Positions 8,280 to 16,800 of a stretch of DNA of 18,226 nucleotides are shown piece after piece; positions within the stretch are counted from its first letter, which is position 1; each line of letters starts with the position of its first letter. The DNA is taken from assembly GCA_964573245.1 (NCBI GenBank), contig CAZNJA010000025.1:1-18226 (forward strand), in the 5' to 3' direction. Source of the stretch: an uncultured bacterium. GTDB taxonomy: Bacteria; CAIJMQ01. A program made the position numbers and the translations under genes. The notes under the pieces are model-generated. The model was not told the DNA's origin and made no database searches. It saw only the letters and a program-made list of their open reading frames with translations.

Positions 8280-8960
8280 TTGATGCTCGATACTCGTAGA
8301 AAAAAGACAAAAAATTTTACAAAGTGGCTTAAGTTGCGCATATTGCCATCAATCATTTGGTTTTTAATGTATTTTATTGGCAGGACAACAAAATTTGCCG
8401 TTATCGGCGAAGAGAATTACAAAAAAACAAAAGGGCCCGTTATTTTCACTTTTTGGCACAATAGAATATTCTTGTCAGTTTATTATTACCGTTATATTCT
8501 GAAAAGAAAAAATATATGCGTTTTGACAAGCCCATCAAGAGACGGCGAAATACTCACGAAAATAATCAGTAAACTCGGTTTTTCTCAAGTAAGAGGCTCG
8601 TCAAAACATTACAGCAAAAATGCTCTGACAACAATGCTTGAATCTTTGAAAGCAGGTTCTGATGGAGCAATAGTTCCCGACGGTCCGCAAGGTCCCAAAT
8701 ATAAAGTAAAAGAGGGCATCGTCCGTATTGCAAGGAAGACAAGTATCCCACTAATACCCGTCGTTTATAACACTTCCAGAAAAAAGATTTTGCAGACATG
8801 GGATTCATTTTTACTACCTTTACCCTTCTCGCATGCGGTGTTAATTTACGGCGAACCTTTAGTAATATCCGAGAGCACGAAAGAGGAAGAGGCGAAGAAA
8901 AAGTTGGAACGAACCCTTGTAGATATCACTAAAAAAGCCGATGAATTCTTTGACAAGTAA
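8280..8960 (+). CDS. DUF374 / lysophospholipid acyltransferase family protein (LpxJ-like)
   Basis: FWHNRI, SPSRDGE, VRGSS, PDGPQGP, WDSFLLPLPFS motifs; start is TTG 8280 or ATG 8283. Confidence 0.85.
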   Translation: MMLDTRRKKTKNFTKWLKLRILPSIIWFLMYFIGRTTKFAVIGEENYKKTKGPVIFTFWHNRIFLSVYYYRYILKRKNICVLTSPSRDGEILTKIISKLGFSQVRGSSKHYSKNALTTMLESLKAGSDGAIVPDGPQGPKYKVKEGIVRIARKTSIPLIPVVYNTSRKKILQTWDSFLLPLPFSHAVLIYGEPLVISESTKEEEAKKKLERTLVDITKKADEFFDK

Positions 8961-8990
8961 AAATTATCAATGTAAAACTATCAAGTTAAA

Positions 8991-9365
8991 ATGTCTAAAA
9001 ACAAAGATAATATAGAAAGTGGAAATAAGATAGATAAACGTTTATTAAATTTTGCGGTGGATATTATTAAACTAACTAAGGCTCTACCAGAAACAGAAGT
9101 TGGCAGGCATATAGGAGGACAACTTATTCGTTCTGGGACATCTCCTGGTTCTAATTATGAAGAGGCATGTGGTGCAGAATCAAGGTCTGATTTTATACAT
9201 AAATTAGGAATTTCTTTAAAAGAGATGAAAGAATCAAGATTTTGGTTAAAACTTATTAAAAGTAGTAAACTTCTGAAATCTGATTCTATAGACCCTGTAT
9301 TGAAAGAATGCGAAGAATTGTGCGCTATTAAGTGCAAAGAACATTCTTACTGCAAGGAAAAATAG
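8991..9365 (+). CDS. Four-helix-bundle protein (TIGR02436 / 23S rRNA IVP-like); C-terminus possibly frameshifted
   Basis: RLLNFAVDII, QLIRSGTSPGSNYEEA..AES..DFIHKL.I..KE..ES.FWL motifs. Confidence 0.9.
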   Translation: MSKNKDNIESGNKIDKRLLNFAVDIIKLTKALPETEVGRHIGGQLIRSGTSPGSNYEEACGAESRSDFIHKLGISLKEMKESRFWLKLIKSSKLLKSDSIDPVLKECEELCAIKCKEHSYCKEK

Positions 9366-9394
9366 GTAGATTTTAACTGATAATTGTTAATTTT

Positions 9395-9459
9395 GCCCCG
9401 AGAAATCCAGAGGATTTCCGGGACTCAGTCCCTGAAATTGTTTCGCAATTTCTAGGGGC
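9395..9459. repeat. 65-bp palindromic MITE/REP-like element
   Basis: Terminal IR GCCCCGAGAAAT / ATTTCTAGGGGC (11/12), three internal hairpins, ATTTT flanking both sides. Confidence 0.7.
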
Positions 9460-9467
9460 ATTTTAAA

Positions 9468-10001
9468 ATGAAAATCCTGCTCCATATCTGTTGCGCTGTT
9501 TGCGCTGGAAGCACTATCGAACAATTAAAAAGCGAAGGATGGGATGTGACAGGATTTTTCTACAATCCCAACATTCATCCGGAAGAAGAATACATAAAAA
9601 GATTAAATGATACAAAGGTTTTGCTCGCTAAATTGAACATTCCACTAATAGAAGGGAAATATGACAAAGAAAGATGGTTTGATAAAATTAAGGGTTTTGA
9701 ACAAGAAAAAGAAGGTGGGAAAAGATGTCTTATATGCTTTAAAATAAGACTTAGCGAAACATTAAAACAAGCAAAAAAGATGAATATCGAACACTTTACA
9801 ACCACTTTGACCATAAGCCCTTACAAGAAAAGCGCGGCGATTAACAGTATAGGAGAATCCCTTGACAAGGATGCTTTCTTTGTGAGGGATTTTAAAAAGA
9901 AAGACGGTTTTAAAAGAGCAATACAATTAAGCAAAGAATATAATCTATACCACCAACATTATTGCGGTTGTATTTTTAGTCAAAATAAAAAACCAGATTA
10001 A
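9468..10001 (+). CDS. queH: Epoxyqueuosine reductase QueH
   Basis: LLHICCAVC, FYNPNIHP.EEY.KR, E.EGG.RC..CF..RL, FTTTL.ISP.K, DFKKKDGF, LY.Q.YCGC.FS. Confidence 0.93.
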   Translation: MKILLHICCAVCAGSTIEQLKSEGWDVTGFFYNPNIHPEEEYIKRLNDTKVLLAKLNIPLIEGKYDKERWFDKIKGFEQEKEGGKRCLICFKIRLSETLKQAKKMNIEHFTTTLTISPYKKSAAINSIGESLDKDAFFVRDFKKKDGFKRAIQLSKEYNLYHQHYCGCIFSQNKKPD

Positions 10002-10156
10002 ATTAAAAGATTCATTCACTTACGAAGCAGACGACAAGGGTAGATGCATTGGATTTGAAGTAGGGCAGGGAATAGATTTCAAGCTATTCTATGATTACAT
10101 AAAAAATTTGTCCAAGAGAACCATATAGAGATTATTGAATGAATATTAACTGGCAA

Positions 10157-10534
10157 CTACAAAAGCTTTTTGGCACCTGAATAAGCCTCCTCCACTTTTA
10201 GTGCCGCTGCAGCGTGTCCCGGATGTTTTTCTGGATTCCATGTTTTCATATTCTCAAAAATCTCGCCTTCCGTATGATATTCAATTGTTCCTTTAATCTG
10301 GAAAGACTTTCCTTTACTGTTAATAAAAAGAATAGTTCCTTTGCTTCCCGCAAGTATATTTTTCTTTGTTTTATCAAAAAAATTATCAGCAACGACTATT
10401 GTGTCTTCGCTGAATTTGCTCACACATCCGGCATATATAGCATTTGGGACCTTGTTTTCATCTACGGTGGTGAATATTATCGGACCTTTCCTGTTATCCC
10501 ATGCTTTGCTTACTTCTTCCGGCAACATTGGCAT
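10157..10534 (-). CDS. Pyridoxamine 5'-phosphate oxidase-like FMN-binding protein
   Basis: FTTVDE..VPN, VADNFFDKT.KNI, SFQIKG..EY.TEG; AGGAGG RBS upstream on the minus strand. Confidence 0.85.
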   Translation of the reverse strand: MPMLPEEVSKAWDNRKGPIIFTTVDENKVPNAIYAGCVSKFSEDTIVVADNFFDKTKKNILAGSKGTILFINSKGKSFQIKGTIEYHTEGEIFENMKTWNPEKHPGHAAAALKVEEAYSGAKKLL

Positions 10535-10553
10535 TTTTCCTCCTTTTTAAAAT

Positions 10554-11645
10554 TTATAGGCACTTCTTAAGCGAATCTATAAATTTTTTATTCTCGTTTG
10601 GTTTACATATCGTAACTCTTAAAAAATTCGGCAAATCATAATTGTCAACGGACCTTACAATAACACCTTCTTTTAAAAGTTTTTCGTATATTTCCCTTCC
10701 GCTTCTTTTGACATCGACAAGAATAAAATTAGCGGCAGTAGGCACATACTCAAGCCCCATCATATCGAACTCTTTATAAAAGAATTTTTTCCCTTCCTCG
10801 TTTATTGCTATCGTTTTCCTTACATGTTCCTCATCGTCCAGCGCGGCAATAGCAGCTGCTTGCGCAAGCCGGTTAACATTAAACGGTTGTCGGATTCTAT
10901 TCATTTCTAAAAATATTTCTTTTTTTGCGAACCCATATCCGACTCGTAGTCCTGCAAGCCCGTATATCTTTGAAAAGGTCCTCAAAATTATTATGTTCTT
11001 CCCCTGTTTCATGTATTGTAAAGTCTCGGGAAAATTTTTGTCGGCATATTCATAGTATGCTTCGTCAAAAACAACAATGACATCACCCGGGACTTTTTTC
11101 ATAAAAGTTCCCACCTGTGTTTTATCAACCATTGCCCCGGTTGGATTGTTTGGATTCGCGAAAAACAGCAATTTCGTTTTATCGGTAACCGCATTTAACA
11201 TAGCTTCCAAATCCTGCGTGTAGTTTCTTAAGGGAATTTTTTTCAGGGTGCCTGCCATTACATCAGTAGCGATAGAATAAATTACAAAGTCAGGCCAGGC
11301 GGTTACTACTTCCTCGCCGGAATTAAGGAAAGTTTCGGTAACGACTCTTATTATCTCGTCGGCACCGTTACCTAAAAATATTTCCTCTGTACTAACGCCG
11401 AACTTTTTGGCTAATTTTTGCTTTAGATAATATGCGTTACCGTCGGGATAAAGGTTGACAGTATTGGCTGCTTTTTTTATTGCTTCAATCGCTTTTGGCG
11501 ATGGTCCCAAAGCATTTTCGTTTGAAGCCATTTTAATGACTTCTTCAATGCCCAGTTCGCGTTTAACTTCTTCAATAGGTTTCCCCGGCGGGTAGGGGAG
11601 AATATTTGCTATGCTTGGTCTTATCAAATCACGTATATTTTTCAT
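10554..11645 (-). CDS. hisC: Histidinol-phosphate aminotransferase (may also act as an aromatic aminotransferase)
   Basis: YPPGKPI, KMASNEN.LG, YPD, GNGADE, NPNNPTG, DEAYYEY, RTFSKIYGLAGLRVGY. Start taken as ATG 11645 (MKNIRD), because the track's TTG 11681 coincides with the -35 box. Confidence 0.93.
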   Translation of the reverse strand: MKNIRDLIRPSIANILPYPPGKPIEEVKRELGIEEVIKMASNENALGPSPKAIEAIKKAANTVNLYPDGNAYYLKQKLAKKFGVSTEEIFLGNGADEIIRVVTETFLNSGEEVVTAWPDFVIYSIATDVMAGTLKKIPLRNYTQDLEAMLNAVTDKTKLLFFANPNNPTGAMVDKTQVGTFMKKVPGDVIVVFDEAYYEYADKNFPETLQYMKQGKNIIILRTFSKIYGLAGLRVGYGFAKKEIFLEMNRIRQPFNVNRLAQAAAIAALDDEEHVRKTIAINEEGKKFFYKEFDMMGLEYVPTAANFILVDVKRSGREIYEKLLKEGVIVRSVDNYDLPNFLRVTICKPNENKKFIDSLKKCL

Positions 11646-11652
11646 AATGTCG

Positions 11653-11681
11653 ATTTTAAGATAATCGCGACTTGCAGTCAA
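11653..11681 (-). promoter_or_regulatory. sigma70 promoter for hisC (probably leaderless)
   Basis: Minus strand: TTGACT-N17-TAAAAT-N7-ATG. Confidence 0.7.
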
Positions 11682-11691
11682 ATTATAACAG

Positions 11692-11756
11692 TAATAAGTG
11701 ATAAGGATTAAGAATTAAGTAGTATTTTTTGCTTAATACTTAGTTCTTACAACTTC
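11692..11756. repeat. 7-nt-periodic inverted repeat between divergent hisC and priA
   Basis: TAAG at 11695, 11702, 11709 and 11716; CTTA at 11732, 11739 and 11746; core TAAGAATTAAGTA / TACTTAGTTCTTA. Confidence 0.75.
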
Positions 11757-11775
11757 TTTTCAGAAATGCTAAACT
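11747..11775 (+). promoter_or_regulatory. sigma70 promoter for priA (probably leaderless)
   Basis: TTACAA-N17-TAAACT with TGn extension, 7 nt before GTG 11783; no SD. Confidence 0.55.
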
Positions 11776-11782
11776 AAACATT

Positions 11783-13795
11783 GTGAAATACGTAAAAGTA
11801 ATTCTTGATTTACCTTTCGAGAAGACCTTGACTTATCATGTGCCTGTTTCACTCAAAGCCAAAGCGCAAGTAGGCGCGAGATGCCGCGCGAGCGTGGGCA
11901 AAAGAATATGTCAGGGCTTTATATTGCAATTAGTCCGCAAAAAGCCTGCATTTGCGACAAAACCCATACTTGATATACCCGACGATGTTGCTATCTTTTC
12001 AAAGGAAATGTTCGAATTTACCAAAGAATTGGCAAAGTATTACTTTATGCCGTGGATAAAGGTATTAAAAGCGGCTCTGCCGCCGGGACTAAATAATAAA
12101 AAAGGGCTGAAAATGGAAACCGAAGACGAAAATAACCTCGATTTTTCTTATAATCGCCCCTCTTACTCTCTAAGTGAAGAACAAAAAGATGCCGTATCTC
12201 AAATACGGATGTCTATCGACAAACAAGAGCATAAAATATTTTTGATTCACGGCATAACCGGAAGCGGCAAAACAGAAATTTATTTCGAAAGCATTTGGAC
12301 ATATCTCAAACAAAAAAGAGGCGCCATTTTTTTAGTTCCCGAAATTTCCCTCACACCCCAAATGATAAAAAGCTTCAAAGAACGTTTCGGCAAAAGATTA
12401 GCGCTCTATCACAGCGGATTGACCATTAAACAAAGACGCGACGAATGGCTCAGGATAAAAACAGGCAAAGCAGACATAGTTTTGGGCGTGCGTTCAGCCA
12501 TATTCGCACCGGTTGAAAAATTAGGCATTATCGTAATAGACGAGAGCCATGAAACAACATACACCCAGCAGGAAAAATTCAAATTCAGTGCCATACAAGC
12601 CGCTTTCGTAAGGGGCAAAATCCAGAAAGCCGTTGTGCTTATGGGGTCGGCTACACCTTCAATAGAAACTTATTATCATGCAAAGAAAAACAAACATAAA
12701 TTGATACAACTTCATTCAAGAATAGACAATAAACACCTTCCTGAAATAATCGTTGTTGACATGAATAAAGAAAAAGCCGAGGGCCGTAGAAATATTATAT
12801 CCCAAAGATTAAAAGACGCGATTAAAAACACAATAGAACAAGGAGAACAAGTAATTTTGTTCATTAACAGACGCGGCTTTTCATCGGTGATGATGTGTCC
12901 TATATGCGGCTATATAGAAAAGTGCAAAAACTGCAAAACATCTTTGGTCTATCATTCTGCTTCAAATATGCTGGTATGCCACCACTGCAATTATACGATT
13001 GACATCCCTCCGATATGCCCCAAATGCAACAGGTCCTATCTATATCCTGTAGGCACCGGAACGCAAAAAGTAGAAAGAGAAATCAAAAAATTATCTCCCC
13101 ATTTCATCATCCAAAGAATGGATAGCGATATTATTAATACAAAAAGTAAAACTCACAAAGAAATATTTGATAATTTCCTCGAGCAAAAAACAGATATACT
13201 TATAGGCACCCAAATGCTCGCAAAAGGGCTACATTTTCCCAATGTTACATTGGTAGGAATTATTTCGGCAGACACCCAATTAAACCTGCCTAATTTCCGA
13301 GCAGGTGAATTTACGTTCCAATTATTAACTCAAGTAGCCGGCAGAGCAGGCAGGGGAGAAAAAGGCGGTAAAGTAATCGTCCAGACACATTATCCCGACC
13401 ATTACAGTATCAACAGCGCCGTAAATTACGACTTCGAGAAATTTTACGAAAACGAATTAAGTTTCAGAAAAGAACTGAACTATCCGCCTTTCAGCCAACT
13501 TGTTTCCCTAACCGTGAAAGGCACAAGCGAAAACAAAGTAAGAAAAGATACCATTATCCTTGCAAATATGATTACAACCTATTTATCCACACAAACAAAA
13601 ACCATAGAATTGATAGGTCCAGGTCCCTGTCCGCTTGATAAAATCAGGAACAAGTTCAGATGGCGCATAATAATAAAAAGCAAAAATAGAAAAAATCTTG
13701 AAAAACTCATGCAAAATATACGCGGCTACTGGGCAAAAATCCCGCACAAAAACGAAACCCTTTCAGTCGATTTAGACCCGGTAGATATGATGTAA
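11783..13795 (+). CDS. priA: Primosomal protein N' (replication restart helicase)
   Basis: GITGSGKTEIY, LVPEISLTPQ, G.RSAIFAP, SATPS.E, NRRGF, four CxxC Zn motifs, GTQMLAKGLHFP.VTLV, QVAGRAGR, YPPF, DLDP. Confidence 0.96.
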   Translation: MKYVKVILDLPFEKTLTYHVPVSLKAKAQVGARCRASVGKRICQGFILQLVRKKPAFATKPILDIPDDVAIFSKEMFEFTKELAKYYFMPWIKVLKAALPPGLNNKKGLKMETEDENNLDFSYNRPSYSLSEEQKDAVSQIRMSIDKQEHKIFLIHGITGSGKTEIYFESIWTYLKQKRGAIFLVPEISLTPQMIKSFKERFGKRLALYHSGLTIKQRRDEWLRIKTGKADIVLGVRSAIFAPVEKLGIIVIDESHETTYTQQEKFKFSAIQAAFVRGKIQKAVVLMGSATPSIETYYHAKKNKHKLIQLHSRIDNKHLPEIIVVDMNKEKAEGRRNIISQRLKDAIKNTIEQGEQVILFINRRGFSSVMMCPICGYIEKCKNCKTSLVYHSASNMLVCHHCNYTIDIPPICPKCNRSYLYPVGTGTQKVEREIKKLSPHFIIQRMDSDIINTKSKTHKEIFDNFLEQKTDILIGTQMLAKGLHFPNVTLVGIISADTQLNLPNFRAGEFTFQLLTQVAGRAGRGEKGGKVIVQTHYPDHYSINSAVNYDFEKFYENELSFRKELNYPPFSQLVSLTVKGTSENKVRKDTIILANMITTYLSTQTKTIELIGPGPCPLDKIRNKFRWRIIIKSKNRKNLEKLMQNIRGYWAKIPHKNETLSVDLDPVDMM

Positions 13796-13805
13796 TCTAC
13801 CAGAT

Positions 13806-13854
13806 TTGACAGGTGTTGACTCTTGGAGTAGTATAGCCTAAAACCGAAGGAGGG
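13806..13854 (+). promoter_or_regulatory. sigma70 promoter and RBS for the Rhs gene
   Basis: TTGACA(13806)-N17-TAGTAT(13829); AAGGAGGG just before ATG 13858. Confidence 0.7.
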
Positions 13855-13857
13855 AAT

Positions 13858-16800
13858 ATGAGAAAGACCTCTCTTGTATTATTCTTCTTATCACTTTTTA
13901 TTTTCACAATCTCAATTTTCTTTAACTCAAACGCCCGAGAAAACCGCTCTTCCCATCCATGTAGTTGCAACCTTGAAAAAGCGCTAAAGAAAGGTAACTG
14001 GCAGGAAGCGGTAGAAGAAGCAGAAGCTCTCATAAAACAAGACCCTATGTCATTGGAAGCCCAAGACGCTTATCTTTGGTTAGGGTTACATCACAAGTCC
14101 CAGCATGACTTTCCGAAATCCATAGAAACTTATAAAAAAGCGGCGAAATTATTTCCCGATACATGGACTTCCGCGGAAGCCAATGCTCGCATAGGTTGTG
14201 ATTATTATCGTATGAACAATTTCGGCAAAGCGTTGGAATATTTCCGCAAATCCGCGTCCGAAGCAAAAACCTGGCAACAAAGAAAATACGCGTCTGCATG
14301 GGCAAAATGGGTCCATTTCGCTTTAAAAAGACAGGGGGAAAAGCGGCTCGTTTCCAACTGCGCCACAAAATCTATCAATTACTATTTGAATCTAAAAGGT
14401 ATAAATATAGATAAAGAAAAACTTGCCGAGTCATTAACATTGGAAGACGGGCTTGTTCCTCTTTCCGGAATACTCGGATTTTTAAAAGAAGAAAACATAG
14501 AACTCAGGGCGGTAAGCTGCCCGTTTAATAGAATAAGAGAATTTGATTTGCCGATCGCCGCGGTAGTGAAACCTTCTCACATGATAGTTATTGAAAATAT
14601 CGGCGACAAGATAACGGTTTACGACCCCGTTTTGGGCGAAGTTCCCTATTTCGAGAAAGAATTGGCAAAGATTTGGGACGATAAGGTTTTAACGTTTTCT
14701 ACTCCTGAAGATAAAGAATTTGCTTCACTGAACGAAACCGAACTCAGCAACGTTCTTCTCGGGACATGCTTTTGCTGTCCCGAGACACCGCCGCCGCCGC
14801 CGTGCGAAGAGGATGATTCGGATGACTGTCCTAACTGCAACCAAGAGCAAGTAACGATTTCGGACGGGACAGAAACAGGTAACGGCGAAGGCGGAAAAGG
14901 CCCCGGCAACGGAAACGGCGGCAACTGCGCCGGCGGAATTTGCGTCCATAAGTTCGGCTCCCCCAAAATCAGCGTTCAAACATCCTCGTTATCATTGACG
15001 GTAAAAAACAGTCCCATAGGATACACTGCTTCTTTAGGCCCCGATGTTGACGTCCGGCTTATTTTCAATTCGGACCTTGCGCATTCGGGAGTTTTCGGCA
15101 ACGGTTGGCATTCCAATTTAGAAATAAAGATAAGGGAGAATCCCGACGATTCGGTAACAGTTACCAGAAGCACGGGATATGATGATACCTTTATCTACTC
15201 CGGAGGCGAATATCATCCGCCCGTAGGGATAAGCAATAAACTGAGCAAAAACCCCGATAACACATTTACATTGGAATTCGTAAAAAGCCATAAAAAATTT
15301 CACTATGATTCGCACGCAAACGGCGGGAAAATTCTTGCCGTAGAAGACCAAAACGGCAACACATTAACCTATCAGTATGACATAGACGATAATCTTGCTT
15401 ACATAATCGATGCAATAGGAAGGGTGACCGAGATAGACGCCGACGATTCGGGAAGAATAACGCTTATAACCGACCCGTTGGAAAGAGAAGCGTCTTTTAC
15501 CTACGATATTGAAAGCAACCTCGAAGAGGTTCAGAATATGGCAGGAGATACTTTCACCTACACATACGACGATTACGAGCCGGACGATTACAAAAATGTT
15601 ACTTCCGTTACCACTTCGAACGGAACCTATTCTATTCAATATGAGGGATGCGGATATGAAATTTGGGTGGCGCAGATAACCACCCCCGAAAGTGAACAAC
15701 ATCAATTTTGGGGAGGAGGAAGTTTTCTGGATGTAAAACATGTTGACCCGAAAGGCGAAATTACATCCTTTTCTGCGGACGACTGCATGGGCTGGCCTTA
15801 TTACGGAGATACTAACAAAATAGTAGATGCTGCGGGAAATTATATAGCATATACTTATGATGATTACCGAAACCGGACCGAAATAAAAGATAAAAGGGGA
15901 AATGTAACCCTTTACACTTTTGATTCCAAACATAATGTAACTTCAAAAACCGACCCTGATGAAAACACATGGTCTTATACTTATGACGGAAGAAACAACA
16001 TAATTTCAACTGAAGACCCCCGCGGAAAAATAACGGAATATGTTTACGGCGACTCGGATATTCTTCTTTCCATCACGGAAAAAGACCCGCAAAACAGTAT
16101 TCTCTCCCAAATAACCTACGACTACACGGACGCAACATTCCCGTGTCTGAAAACTTCCATGACGGACGCCAACGGCAATACGACATATTACAACTATGAC
16201 GATTACGGCCGAATGGAAAGCATAACCGACCCGGAATCAAATGAAACTACTTTTACTTATGATATTGTTGATAGAAAAATATCCATGACAAATGCAAATG
16301 GAACCACTTACTACGAATATGACGATTCGGACAGAATAACAAAAATAACCCATCCCGATACAACCTACCGCCAGTATTCATATGATTGCTGTAACCTTCA
16401 GTCCGTAACGGATGAAAATAGCAATACCACCTATTACGAATACGATGACATGGCCCGCCTTACTCAAGTCGAAGACGCGGAAGAAAATGTCACGACATAC
16501 GAATATGACGAAGCAGGCAATCTCATTTCTTTAACAGATGCGGAAAATAACACTACAACTTATACTTATGATACCGTAAACCGCCTAAGTTCTATAACCT
16601 ACCCGTTAGACGACAGCGAATCCTACTTATACGACTCTAACGGCAACTTGATAGCGAAAACAGACGGCAATGGAAACAATACTTCCTATACCTACGATGA
16701 AAATAACCGCTTAATTGAAACAAAAGTTTTACAGTGGGAATATCCCGCGATGCTTCAGGGCACTACTACGCTCTTTCATATGGATGAGGGTTCCGGCCCA

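Noticed and set aside
8991-9365. Diversity-generating retroelement (Avd-like gene) or rRNA intervening sequence
   Set aside because: No reverse transcriptase, no TR/VR pair with adenine-specific mismatches and no rRNA in the window.
9395-9459. tRNA or preQ1 riboswitch upstream of queH
   Set aside because: Loops are only 3-5 nt, there is no TTCRA T-loop, 7-nt anticodon loop or CCA, and it lacks the preQ1-I stem-loop plus A-rich tail.
824-12618. Small antisense or overlapping ORFs within exbB, tyrA, the prepilins, aroA'B', lpxB, DUF374, queH, the PNPOx-like gene and priA
   Set aside because: Each overlaps a well-supported gene on the opposite strand and has no family signature.
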